Below, one piece after another: positions 10,544-20,540 of a stretch of DNA of 43,285 bases. Both the position numbers and the translations under genes were made by a program. The stretch is from Nitrospinota bacterium (GTDB lineage Bacteria; Nitrospinota; Nitrospinia; CAJXCL01). How positions within the stretch are numbered: the first letter of the stretch is position 1; every line of letters starts with the position of its first letter. The stretch is from the NCBI GenBank assembly GCA_036011265.1, contig DASCNB010000281.1, positions 1-43,285 on the forward strand, in the 5' to 3' direction. A model generated the notes under the pieces. It was not told the origin of the DNA. It worked only from the letters and a program-made list of their open reading frames with translations, and did not search any database.

Positions 10544-11893
10544 ATGAAAACGGTTCTTTTTTTAGGGCACAGCAATAATGACGTAGACCATTTTCTACCC
10601 TTAATGGTTAAACTAGAAAAAAAGGATGACTTGAAACCTCTCCTTTTTTGTATACCCTCAAGAAATATTTTATTAGTAAACAAGGTCCATCAGCTATGGA
10701 TAAAGGATTGTTCAATTTATACTGTTTCCGCAAATTCAGTTATATTAAACTCCATATTTCAAAATATTCTTTTTACCTTCTTTTCTCTTCTTGAGTCTGC
10801 GTATATCAAAATTGCTAATTTAGCAATACGGGCAAATTTTTCTATTGAACGTAATTGTTTGATATTTATCAGAAAATTATTTGGCGCAATAAAACTAACG
10901 GTTCATATTCTTTTAAATCACTCTTTAAATGGTAAGGATTGTGTTCATTCTCTGGAAAAGTTTTTTAAAGATAATTCTGTTGCCTGCGTTGTCTGTGATA
11001 GTGGATTTATATCATGTTATGAGAATGAACAACAGCTTGTCCTTAAAATCCGTCATATTATTATACGTTTTGCGAATGCTCGAAAAATTCCTATTGTTAT
11101 GATGAATCACGGGGTTAGCCCAAAATATGAAGAAGACTCTAGTTTATCTAAATCCATAAATAGGGATAAATACATCCAGCCTGATGTAATAATTTTTTCT
11201 TTTGAAAAAGAAGTTTCCAAAAAACCCTATATAGGTAAAAACACAAAGATTCTTATTCTTGGGGATTTGAGATTAGACGTCCATTGGATTCGAAGTCTTG
11301 AAGAAAGTGCACAAAAGCTTCCTGAATATCATTCCATATCAACGAGGGAAAAAGTGATTCTCTATCTCGTATGCAAACCAGCCTGGATAAATGATTACGG
11401 ACTGCTTAATTCCATTCATGCTGACATTTACAATGTTGTAAAAAAAATAGAGGGTTTAACTCTTTGGATTAAACTTCATCCAAGATATCCGTTTGCTTTC
11501 CCTTTGAGAAATTATACTGGTGGACAAGTCCGAATTTTTGGCAATGAAGTCGATACAAACATGCTACTTCCCAAATCTGATATTGTCATTTCATCATATT
11601 CAGGTGTTCTTGTGCATCCAATGTTAATGAGAAGATCTGCCATATTTTATGACAAAATTCGAGCGGTCACAGGGATTTCAATTAAATTTATTTTTGACGA
11701 TACCGATTGTGTAGAAAAAGTTGCAAACCCTCACGACCTTGAGAAAACATGTAGAATGATTTTAAAAAGGAAAAGCCCCAATTTTGATGGATTAGAACAC
11801 TTTTACAAAAAGTTTATATCCGGAGGAATCGGCATGGATCAAAGCATTTCTGGGAGCTATGAAAAGGAGCTACTCTCTTTAATGCAATTATAA
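10544..11893 (+). CDS. GT-B fold transferase, TagF/CDP-glycerol glycerophosphotransferase-like (candidate nonulosonate transferase)
   Basis: MMNHG, LGDLRLD, IKLHPR and SDIVISSYS motifs typical of TagF-like/GT-B sialyltransferase-like proteins. Confidence 0.55.
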   Translation: MKTVLFLGHSNNDVDHFLPLMVKLEKKDDLKPLLFCIPSRNILLVNKVHQLWIKDCSIYTVSANSVILNSIFQNILFTFFSLLESAYIKIANLAIRANFSIERNCLIFIRKLFGAIKLTVHILLNHSLNGKDCVHSLEKFFKDNSVACVVCDSGFISCYENEQQLVLKIRHIIIRFANARKIPIVMMNHGVSPKYEEDSSLSKSINRDKYIQPDVIIFSFEKEVSKKPYIGKNTKILILGDLRLDVHWIRSLEESAQKLPEYHSISTREKVILYLVCKPAWINDYGLLNSIHADIYNVVKKIEGLTLWIKLHPRYPFAFPLRNYTGGQVRIFGNEVDTNMLLPKSDIVISSYSGVLVHPMLMRRSAIFYDKIRAVTGISIKFIFDDTDCVEKVANPHDLEKTCRMILKRKSPNFDGLEHFYKKFISGGIGMDQSISGSYEKELLSLMQL

Positions 11894-12100
11894 TAACCAA
11901 AATCTAAATATTATCTAATACAATAATGAAAACTGAGCTCCCCTTATAAAAAGCTGAGTAAATATTGATATAGACGATAAATTCATTAAGTTATTTTTAA
12001 TTCCATATTAATTTAACTTTAGTCTAATTTTTTTATAATCAAAACGATTTAATACCTATTTAATGAATTTTCATTTTTTAAGTATGAATAAATTTCTCCC

Positions 12101-12799
12101 ATGTTAGATCATAAGAATTACAAAGATAAATCTATACCTGATGTAGCAAAAGAACTGGATCATTTGTGTAAAGAGTTAGATCAGAAGCATAGGCAACAGC
12201 GCAAGGTTCAGTTTTTATTGGATGTTAGAGGGTATTTCATAATCAATAAGATAAAAGGTAACTATGTGGAGTTCGGAATATATAGAGGTGAAATGGTATA
12301 TTGCGCATGGAAAATTTTACAAGAAACAGGATGTATTAAAAAATATATTGGTCTCGATTCTTTTTCCGGCAACCCAGATATTAGTGTTTCTGAACGAAAA
12401 GTGAATCAAACCACACTTGCTGGTTCTTATAAAGCCGGACTTCAGCAAACGGATAAATTTCTAAGGCAATTTATAAAAAATAAATTAAAATTAATTCCAG
12501 GCGACTTCAGAAAAAAAAATATTATTGAACGAGCGAAAGACAGCAAAAACAAAATTGCTCTCGCTGTTATAGATTGCAACCTGATGTCATCAATTGAAAA
12601 ATCCATAAAATTTGCTGTTCCTAATATGGTACGTGGTGGAATTTTATTTGTTGACGATTTTTTTATTAATATGTATGCTGGAAATTGCCCGATTTTGAGT
12701 TTAATGAAAAATATAGAGAGGAAAAATAACTGTAAGATCATTGAATTTCAAACTTACGCTCCTTTTGCGCGGGCATTTATAGTAATCAACCCTTCATGA
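12101..12799 (+). CDS. TylF/MycF/NovP-family O-methyltransferase
   Basis: GNYVEFGIYRG, GLDSFSG, IPGDF, VIDCNL, GGILFVDDF. Confidence 0.8.
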   Translation: MLDHKNYKDKSIPDVAKELDHLCKELDQKHRQQRKVQFLLDVRGYFIINKIKGNYVEFGIYRGEMVYCAWKILQETGCIKKYIGLDSFSGNPDISVSERKVNQTTLAGSYKAGLQQTDKFLRQFIKNKLKLIPGDFRKKNIIERAKDSKNKIALAVIDCNLMSSIEKSIKFAVPNMVRGGILFVDDFFINMYAGNCPILSLMKNIERKNNCKIIEFQTYAPFARAFIVINPS

Positions 12800-12842
12800 T
12801 GACAATTAAAAACTATTTGCTCCCTTTTGAAAAACCAATCAG

Positions 12843-13511
12843 ATGATTTTACTTTCCTATCCAATCAAAGAACAAATACCGACGTACAGAAATGGAGATA
12901 AACCTCTTATTCAGCATGAAAAACAAATAAAGGCAGGAGATAAATGTAATACGGTTAAGTTGTCATTACCTAATCACGTTGGGACTCATGTTGAATGTCC
13001 AGCGCATTTTAGCGCGGGTGGACGGACATTGACAGACTATCCACCGGATTTCTGGTTCTGCCGCCATGTTCAACTATTTCAATGTAATCTAAATGACAAT
13101 GAACTCTGCAATGCTCACCATTTGCAAACGGCTTATGAAAAATCAGTTTTAAAAGTTCCTGAGGCAGAGGCTGTTATTTTAATGACCGGCTGGTATCGGA
13201 AACGAAACGCGGTCTGTTATTGGCAATCTTCACCTGGATTTCTACCAAATACGTTTCACTGGTTAAGGGAAACTTTTCCCAAACTCCGTTTTTTTGGTTT
13301 TGATGTGATTTCGCTTTCGAGTTATTCCAACAGAGAAATTGGAAGAGATGTTCATAAGGCTTTTCTATGTAATAGCTCGCCTATTTTAATAATTGAAGAC
13401 ATGGATTTCTCTATGCTAAATGCCGATCAAGGTTTGAAAAATTTGTTGATTTCTCCTTTATTTGTCAGCGGTATCGATGGATCTCCCTGTTCCCTGTGGG
13501 GAAACCTCTAA
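12843..13511 (+). CDS. Cyclase-family (kynurenine formamidase-like) metal hydrolase
   Basis: HVGTHVECPAHF (HxGTHxDxPxH variant), GFDVIS, H..FL, IIEDM, PL...DGSP. Confidence 0.85.
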   Translation: MILLSYPIKEQIPTYRNGDKPLIQHEKQIKAGDKCNTVKLSLPNHVGTHVECPAHFSAGGRTLTDYPPDFWFCRHVQLFQCNLNDNELCNAHHLQTAYEKSVLKVPEAEAVILMTGWYRKRNAVCYWQSSPGFLPNTFHWLRETFPKLRFFGFDVISLSSYSNREIGRDVHKAFLCNSSPILIIEDMDFSMLNADQGLKNLLISPLFVSGIDGSPCSLWGNL

Positions 13512-13677
13512 AAGGGGTATTTTTTTCTAATTTAAATGCTATAAGTTAGCAGTTGCAAAAGGTATCTTTAATAATTCATTTATTAAAAACATTTTGCAGA
13601 ACATGTAAAAAAAACTTGTAGTTGATTTATTTCTGCATTGATGTGGTTGATTATTATATTTAAGGAGAAGAAAAATT

Positions 13678-14340
13678 ATGCAAAAGGAAATTGTTGCACT
13701 GGTTGCAGTTAAGGGTACTTCTGAACGCATAAAGAAAAAAAATACCAGGCCATTTCACAACACTAACCTTTTGGAACTTAAATTAAGCCAATTAAAAAAG
13801 GTAAAGGGTTTTCATGAAATTATTGTCTCCTCTGAAGATTCAGGGATTCTTGAAACGGCTAGAAAAAAAGGTGTTAATGTTCATATAAGAGATCCGAAAT
13901 ATTCTACGAGTTTCCTTCCCCCGAGTGAATTATTTTCTTACATAGCCTCTGAAATTTCAGGGGAACACATTGCATGGGTTAATGTCACCAATCCTTTGTT
14001 TGAATCCAACGCCTATGATAAAGCTATTGAAGCTTATAATAATCTGGACTCAAAATATAATTGTTTAACAAGCGTGTATGAGGTAAAAAATAACCTTTTT
14101 TATAAAGGAAGGCCTATTAACTTTCAGGCGAATCCTTGGCCACGATCTCAGGATCTTGAGGGGGTTTGTGCCATGTCTCATGCCATCAATATTATGAGAA
14201 GAGAGGAGATGATCCCTTTAGGATCCTATCTTGGTTCCTCGCCTTATTTTTTCTACATGGATAGCATCAGTTCATTGGATATCGACTATCAAATAGACTT
14301 TGACTTTTGTGAAATGATTTATAAGAAACGTCATTCATAA
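13678..14340 (+). CDS. NeuA-like acylneuraminate/CMP-sugar cytidylyltransferase
   Basis: VKGTSERIKKKN, IIVSSED, VTNPL, RSQDL, DIDYQIDF. Confidence 0.85.
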   Translation: MQKEIVALVAVKGTSERIKKKNTRPFHNTNLLELKLSQLKKVKGFHEIIVSSEDSGILETARKKGVNVHIRDPKYSTSFLPPSELFSYIASEISGEHIAWVNVTNPLFESNAYDKAIEAYNNLDSKYNCLTSVYEVKNNLFYKGRPINFQANPWPRSQDLEGVCAMSHAINIMRREEMIPLGSYLGSSPYFFYMDSISSLDIDYQIDFDFCEMIYKKRHS

Positions 14341-14412
14341 ATTACTTGGAAGATTAAAATATATAACCTGTTTTCATTTCCTCTAGAGCTTGATAGTAAT
14401 AATCGGATAAGA

Positions 14413-15312
14413 ATGAAGAAAAAACAAAATATTTTGGTAACAGGTGGCTCCGGATTCATGGGAAGCCACCTAGCCGATGCATTGACAGATACCGGTCATA
14501 ATGTCACTATATTTGACATTAAAAAATCCAGCTACTTGAAATCCAAACAAAACATGATAATTGCCAACATCATGGATATATGCTCAATAAAAAAGGCAAT
14601 GAAAGGTATCGATGTAGTTTATCATTTTGCCGGATTGGCAGACATTGACGAAGCATATAACAATCCTTTGGATACGATGAAATTGAACGTACTAGGTACT
14701 ACTAATGTTCTGGAAGCCGCAAGAGAGAATATGGTTAAAAAGGTTATTTTTGCCAGCACTATTTATGTTTACAGCCGGACAGGCTCATTTTACAGGGTAA
14801 GTAAACATGCATGTGAGTTACTGCTTGAAACCTATCATGAAAACTACGGCATGGACTACACCATTTTAAGATTTGGCACCCTTTATGGTACCAGGCCAAA
14901 TGAGCATAATAGCGTTTACAGGTTTTTGAAAGAGGCACTCAGTACGGGAAAGATTAATTTTAAAGGCACAGGAAGCGAGGTAAGAGAATATATCCATGTT
15001 TCCGATGCAGCAAATATTTGTGCAAAAGTATTAGACAATGAATTTTCAGGGCAAACTTTGATCTTGACGGGTCATCATCGAATGCGGTTGTCAGAACTGT
15101 TGGATATGATCAATGAAATTTTATGCAATAAAATTAAAATAACTTACGATAGCAAAAATTCCTTGGCTCATTACACTCAGACTCCCTATTCGTATATTCC
15201 CCGGGTCGGCAAAAAAATCATAATGAATACATATTGCGATCTCGGTCAAAGTCTTGTGGAAATATTGGATGAAATCAATTCAAAAAACTCCAACGAGGAA
15301 ATCAAGCTTTAA
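14413..15312 (+). CDS. NAD-dependent epimerase/dehydratase (SDR)
   Basis: TGGSGFMG, HFAG, ASTIYVY, YRVSK (YxxxK), LRFGTLYG, REYIHVSD. Confidence 0.88.
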   Translation: MKKKQNILVTGGSGFMGSHLADALTDTGHNVTIFDIKKSSYLKSKQNMIIANIMDICSIKKAMKGIDVVYHFAGLADIDEAYNNPLDTMKLNVLGTTNVLEAARENMVKKVIFASTIYVYSRTGSFYRVSKHACELLLETYHENYGMDYTILRFGTLYGTRPNEHNSVYRFLKEALSTGKINFKGTGSEVREYIHVSDAANICAKVLDNEFSGQTLILTGHHRMRLSELLDMINEILCNKIKITYDSKNSLAHYTQTPYSYIPRVGKKIIMNTYCDLGQSLVEILDEINSKNSNEEIKL

Positions 15313-15329
15313 TTTTTCATTAGATTGTC

Positions 15330-16253
15330 ATGGATTTTAAAAAAGTTTTTATTTCCACCAGTTCATTTGCTCAATACGATTCCCAACCAATAGAATTACT
15401 TAAGGAAGCTAATTTTATTGTTAAGTTAAATCCTTACGGAAGAACTTTAGTTGAACCCGAAATCCAGGATGCAGTCAAAGATTGTAATTTGCTCATTGCC
15501 GGGACAGAACCTTTATCACGATCTGTTTTGGAATCAGCAAAAAAGTTAAAAATAATATCAAGGTGCGGAGCAGGGCTGGATAATGTAGATTTAATAGCTG
15601 CACAAGAGATTGGAATTAAAGTATTTAACACGCCTTTTGGGCCTACACAGGCTGTTGCTGAGCTAACAACAGGAGTAATCCTGGACTTGCTTAGAAAAAT
15701 AACATTCATGGATAGAGAACTGAGGGCAGGGAAGTGGCAGAAGAAAATGGGTAATCTCCTACAAAACAAACGTGTCGGTTTCATTGGCTTTGGAAATATC
15801 GGGCAAACTGTGGCTGAACTCCTGCTACCGTTTAATGTGGAAATTTCTTATTATGACATTCGCACTCTACCCTCCTGCGAAAAATACAGGCGCCTCGAAT
15901 TAGAACCGTTACTTTCCTGCTCAGACATCATTACCATTCACATATCGGTGTCTCCGAATACTAAAACAATAATAGGAGCTAAAGAATTAAAATTGATGAA
16001 GCAGGGAAGCTGGCTTGTTAATATGTCCCGAGGAGGTCTGATCGATGAAAATGCTCTTTATAAAGCGCTGGAGAGTGAACATTTGTCTGGCGCTGCTTTA
16101 GATGTTTTTGAGCGAGAACCTTATATTGGTGAATTGACCAAGCTAAACAACGTAGTTTTAACCCCTCATGTTGGATCTTACGCCAAAGAAGCCCGGATCC
16201 AGATGGAAATAGATGCTGTAAAAAACCTCCTAAAAACCATTAAGAGAGCGTAA
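15330..16253 (+). CDS. D-isomer-specific 2-hydroxyacid dehydrogenase (PGDH-like, no ACT domain)
   Basis: GAGLDNVD, AVAEL, GFGNIG, NMSRG, ALDVFEREP, LTPHVG. Confidence 0.9.
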   Translation: MDFKKVFISTSSFAQYDSQPIELLKEANFIVKLNPYGRTLVEPEIQDAVKDCNLLIAGTEPLSRSVLESAKKLKIISRCGAGLDNVDLIAAQEIGIKVFNTPFGPTQAVAELTTGVILDLLRKITFMDRELRAGKWQKKMGNLLQNKRVGFIGFGNIGQTVAELLLPFNVEISYYDIRTLPSCEKYRRLELEPLLSCSDIITIHISVSPNTKTIIGAKELKLMKQGSWLVNMSRGGLIDENALYKALESEHLSGAALDVFEREPYIGELTKLNNVVLTPHVGSYAKEARIQMEIDAVKNLLKTIKRA

Positions 16254-16871
16254 ATAATCGAAAGGATTGTTGAAGAAAATTACATTTTGGGGAAAAGGGG
16301 ATTTTCCTCCTTCGGGAACCCGCCCAATAAACTTAGCTCCTGCCTCCATTGCCCCTTCATAGTCAGCTATTGAATCCCCAACCACCATGGCTTCTTCGGA
16401 AGAGTAACCGTTTTTTTCAAGAATAAACAAAATACTTTCACCTTTTTTCCTGTTTGCTCCATAGACTGAACGAAAATAATGAGCCATATTTCTTTTTTGG
16501 ATAATTCTTTTAAGCTCCTCATCAGGAGTTGCAGAAACCACATATATATTAATTCGCCTGAAATAATCATCTAAAAATTCTTTGGCACCCGTGACCCATG
16601 GCGCTTTAACTACCATTTCTTCAACCAGATTAGAAAATCTATCACCTGATTCTCTTTCAACATCTTCCGTGTATTCAAGTCCCAGTAAAACCTCTTGAAA
16701 AAACTTAAATTTTTCATAGCGCGATATACCTCCATTCTTAAGATGGTAATCTACAACCTGTTTTACAATTTTTGGTCCATGATTTTTATAAAGTTCTGCA
16801 AAAGCTTTAGTTTTTATATCAACTGACTCCGCAAGAACTCCATCAAAATCAAAGATTATCGATTTCATCAT
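16230..16871 (-). CDS. HAD-superfamily phosphatase
   Basis: FDFDGVL (motif I), VVSAT (II), K (III), VGDSIAD (IV); overlaps the dehydrogenase 3' end convergently by 24 bp. Confidence 0.9.
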   Translation of the reverse strand: MMKSIIFDFDGVLAESVDIKTKAFAELYKNHGPKIVKQVVDYHLKNGGISRYEKFKFFQEVLLGLEYTEDVERESGDRFSNLVEEMVVKAPWVTGAKEFLDDYFRRINIYVVSATPDEELKRIIQKRNMAHYFRSVYGANRKKGESILFILEKNGYSSEEAMVVGDSIADYEGAMEAGAKFIGRVPEGGKSPFPQNVIFFNNPFDYLRSLNGF

Positions 16872-17320
16872 TTAATTGTCTTTTACCAAAAAAATATTTA
16901 TAATTGTGATTTAAATATGCGCCTAAAAAAACCTCCGTGATAGTCAATAACCTCGAATTATTTATACACGTATAAAAACAAAAATACAATAACTGATGAA
17001 AAAATTAAGTTAAAGCTGTCCAATACATTTTCTTGTAATAAATTTTCCTGAGATTCAAGAATTTCAAGAAATTTGCGGTTATTTTCTGCTTAAAGAGGGT
17101 TATGGATTAGAATCTAAATGGTAAAAAAATAGTGTCTAATTCAAGATTTAAATAACTTATCAAAAGGTGTTCATGGATTATTGTTTCAGTATATTAATCA
17201 ACAAACGCAGAGAAACGCGCCATCACTTTTTCAAATGAACTCAGAGCTGCATTATTTTCAAAAAGAAAATTAAGGATTTAAAGCTTCAACAGTAAATAGA
17301 ACCTATACGTAAGGTAGTCA

Positions 17321-19501
17321 ATGAAAAAAGACATTTTATGCACAATTGGACCCGCATCTCTTAAAAAAACCGTTCTACAACGAATGAATGATCTTCCTGT
17401 AACATTACTCAGAATCAATCTCTCTCATACATCGCTTCAGCAGATGATTAAAAATATCCATTTTATCCAAAGTGTAAGCCATATACCTATATGTATTGAT
17501 ACTGAAGGTTCTCAAATCAGAACAGGAAGAATGGCGGGCAATGAGGTGTTTCTTAATGAGGGAAGCTTTGTTACGATCCATCAAAAACAAGTCACGGGAA
17601 ACGCGCAAAACATTACTTTCTATCCAACAGAAGCGATTGATCGAATTCATTTACTGGATTGTATTTCTATAGATTTCGATAGTGTGCTTGTGCAGGTTGT
17701 AGAAAAAAAAAATCATTATCTGAAGACAAAAGTAATTACCGAAGGTTTGATTGGAAGTAATAAAGCCGTTACAGTTAACCGTCCTATATTGTTAGACTCT
17801 CTCACCAAAAAGGATCGGAAAGCAATTAAAATTGCTCTTGATCTGGGAATTAAGCATTTTGCTCTTTCTTTTGCAAATCATGTAGAGGATGTTCTAGAAT
17901 TGCGCTCATTGACTGGCAAAGAATGTTTTTTAATTTCAAAAATTGAGACCCACGCGGGGGTCAGCCATATAGAATCCATATCAAAAGAATCCGATGCGAT
18001 ACTTATTGACAGGGGAGACCTCTCTCGAGAAGAACCTATTGAAGACATCCCCCTCCTTCAAAAATTTATTATCCATAAGACTAAAAAAACAAACGCCAAG
18101 ATATATGTGGCCACCAATCTTCTTGAAACCATGGTCACTCAAAAAAAACCAACTAGAGCGGAAGTAAGCGACGTCTTAAATACATTAATAGACGGCGCGG
18201 ACGGACTTGTACTCGCCGCTGAAACAGCCATTGGGGAAAATCCGGTTGGATGTGTAAATATGATTTCAAAATTAATGAACCAATATTATAACTACTGCAA
18301 ATTTGACATGCAAATCGACAAATATGAAAAGAGGTCGCTCTTAATAGAACCACATGCGGGTCACCTTGTTAACCAATTCCTAGACAACCCGGACATACCT
18401 GAAATAAAAAAACTTCCCTGCCTGGAAGTAAGTGAAGAGATCGTAATGGAGTGTGAGCAAATTGCCTCAGGTGTTTATTCTCCTTTAAAAGGATTTATGA
18501 ACAAAGAAGAAATAGAAAGTGTCCTTAATCATTATTGTTTACCCGATAACACTGTATGGCCTTTACCTATTTTCTTTCAAGTAAGAAAAGAATGTACTGG
18601 TAAGCTTAGAAAAGGCGATTTGGTTGCCCTAAAAAATACTACTTCAAAGGAACTCTTTGCAATAATGACTATTGAAAGCATTTTTTCCTTAGAATTAAAT
18701 TCATTTGCGAAACGGTTGTTTGGCTCTGATTCAGAAAAACATCCTGGTGTTTCCCGGTTAAAAGGGGCCGGAGGTATGTTTCTTGCCGGCAAAATTGAAT
18801 TATTTAAATATTCAAATAAATCAGCTCGAACAGCTCCTTATATATTGAGTCCGGCTGATACACGTATGATTATGGAGCAAAAAAACTGGTATAGGACCGT
18901 TGGGTTTCATACAAAAACTGTTATCCATAGAGGGGATGAATTTATCCAATTAAAAACTCTCAATGATTATTATTGTGATGGTTTGCTTGTTTTACCGTGC
19001 CTAGGATCACAGAAGAAAAATGATTTTCATAACGAAATCGTATTCGACTCTTACCAAACTATGATAGATTTCAATTTATATCCTAAAAACAAAGTTTTGA
19101 TAGGAGCATCCTTATCGTATTCACGATATGCGGGACCAAGAGAAAATGTGTTTATCGCAATATGCCAAAAAAATTACGGCTGCTCCCATTTATTAATGGG
19201 CCGAGACCATTTAAACGATCTCGATTACTACTCATATGAAGAGACCGTTAATCTCTTTGAGAAATTAGGAGATATTGGAATTAGCCCCATTTTATTTAAA
19301 GATGTATTTTATTGTGAACAGTGCAAAGGTCCTATCCTTTCCTGTGAACATCAAAAATCGGGCAACTATCTTTTGAACGGATCTATTCTACGTAAAAACA
19401 TTACAGAAGAAAAAAAATCTCCCCACTGGTTATTAAGAGAGGAAATATCAGAAATGTTGGTTGAAGCGGCTAAAAGGAGAAAACAAATTTTTATTAGATG
19501 A
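17321..19501 (+). CDS. Pyruvate kinase (A/B domains) fused to an ATP sulfurylase (Sat)-like domain
   Basis: Residues ~1-325: CTIGPAS, RINLSH, DTEGSQIRTG, SKIE, RGDL, PTRAEVSDV, DGAD..L..ETAIG. Residues ~341-726: PHAGHLV, YSPLKGFM, WPLPI, HPGV, YAGPRE, NYGCSH...GRDH, CxxC..C.H. One uninterrupted ORF. Confidence 0.9.
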   Translation: MKKDILCTIGPASLKKTVLQRMNDLPVTLLRINLSHTSLQQMIKNIHFIQSVSHIPICIDTEGSQIRTGRMAGNEVFLNEGSFVTIHQKQVTGNAQNITFYPTEAIDRIHLLDCISIDFDSVLVQVVEKKNHYLKTKVITEGLIGSNKAVTVNRPILLDSLTKKDRKAIKIALDLGIKHFALSFANHVEDVLELRSLTGKECFLISKIETHAGVSHIESISKESDAILIDRGDLSREEPIEDIPLLQKFIIHKTKKTNAKIYVATNLLETMVTQKKPTRAEVSDVLNTLIDGADGLVLAAETAIGENPVGCVNMISKLMNQYYNYCKFDMQIDKYEKRSLLIEPHAGHLVNQFLDNPDIPEIKKLPCLEVSEEIVMECEQIASGVYSPLKGFMNKEEIESVLNHYCLPDNTVWPLPIFFQVRKECTGKLRKGDLVALKNTTSKELFAIMTIESIFSLELNSFAKRLFGSDSEKHPGVSRLKGAGGMFLAGKIELFKYSNKSARTAPYILSPADTRMIMEQKNWYRTVGFHTKTVIHRGDEFIQLKTLNDYYCDGLLVLPCLGSQKKNDFHNEIVFDSYQTMIDFNLYPKNKVLIGASLSYSRYAGPRENVFIAICQKNYGCSHLLMGRDHLNDLDYYSYEETVNLFEKLGDIGISPILFKDVFYCEQCKGPILSCEHQKSGNYLLNGSILRKNITEEKKSPHWLLREEISEMLVEAAKRRKQIFIR

Positions 19502-19508
19502 TTTTATA

Positions 19509-20489
19509 ATGCAAAAACCTTTTGAACCTATCTTAAAAAAACATTCTATATTTATTACGGCTATAGGGCGGTCGGCGCTTGGTTCTTTTTCAAGGATACT
19601 GCCTCAAATGATCAAAGATTGCCATGGAGTACACGAACCGGATGTTTTGTGGTTTTATCGTATAACAGGTTTGGTTAAAGATGACCCGCTACTTCTTCGA
19701 AAAATAAGAGATTTTGGTTTTTTCAATATGACTATTGGAAAGTTGCTACCCCTACGTAATTTAAGGGGCCTTTCACTGGCGCTTCAAATGGGAAAAATAG
19801 ATACAACCACCGCTGCCTATCACTTATATAAAATTCGCTGGCACTATGTCTTAAGGTTAAAGGAATCGATCTATGCCGAATGTAACTCACAATTAGCAGG
19901 GTTGTTGGATATAATCCCCTTGGTTTTTCCAAACTCAAAAACAGTATGCATCATACGCGATGGAAGAAGTTGGGTACGTTCATTTCTTAATAGAGTCCCT
20001 ACATTAATGGGGAAAAAGGACTTAATGACTTATGTCCCATACAGCCGCCCCAGAGCAGACCTTTTCCCGGAGGACCCTTTTTTTCGGCAATGGAAGAATT
20101 TTTCCCAATTTCAGCGCGTATGCTGGTTATGGCGCTATAGAGCAAGCTCTGTTTTAAAATCAAGTAGCCTGAACTCTAATGTAAAATTCATCAAATATGA
20201 AGACTTGCTCGAAGGAACACAACAATATGAGACGATGGAGGAAATGTTAAAATATCTATCTTCCTTCCCGGATGGCTTCCAAGCAGATTATAAATTCTGT
20301 AAAGAAAATATTTTTGGCAAAAAGATCGGCCAATCTCAATTTAGTATAATCCCCCATTGGAAGGAATGGACCCCTGAAAGAGTTAAACAATTTCAGGATA
20401 TCTGTGGAGAGATGCAAAATCGATTGGACTATGGTCGCGAACATCAGTGGCTTGAAATGAAAGCAAACTGCAAGCCAACTGAGAACTAA
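19509..20489 (+). CDS. Sulfotransferase family protein (paralog 1)
   Basis: IFITAIGRSA (5'-PSB-like loop), HEP, IIRDGRSWVRS (3'-PB motif), IKYEDL, W..W; ATG at 19509 preferred over the overlapping TTG at 19461. Confidence 0.8.
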   Translation: MQKPFEPILKKHSIFITAIGRSALGSFSRILPQMIKDCHGVHEPDVLWFYRITGLVKDDPLLLRKIRDFGFFNMTIGKLLPLRNLRGLSLALQMGKIDTTTAAYHLYKIRWHYVLRLKESIYAECNSQLAGLLDIIPLVFPNSKTVCIIRDGRSWVRSFLNRVPTLMGKKDLMTYVPYSRPRADLFPEDPFFRQWKNFSQFQRVCWLWRYRASSVLKSSSLNSNVKFIKYEDLLEGTQQYETMEEMLKYLSSFPDGFQADYKFCKENIFGKKIGQSQFSIIPHWKEWTPERVKQFQDICGEMQNRLDYGREHQWLEMKANCKPTEN

Positions 20490-20540
20490 GCCCAACAGGG
20501 CTGTATATCTGCTGAAAAAATAAAAAATTTTCGGAAGTAT

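Noticed and set aside
15330-16253. Housekeeping serA
   Set aside because: No ACT/ASB domains and it is co-oriented with nucleotide-sugar genes, so only the family is called
17053-17120. TTCAAGAA tandem repeat and TTAGA-A-TCTAA palindrome as operator sites
   Set aside because: Too short and AT-rich to distinguish from background
17321-19501. Ordinary glycolytic pyk or ordinary sat, or two genes joined by a frameshift
   Set aside because: It is a single open frame, lacks the PK C-domain and has altered Sat motifs; neither simple label fits
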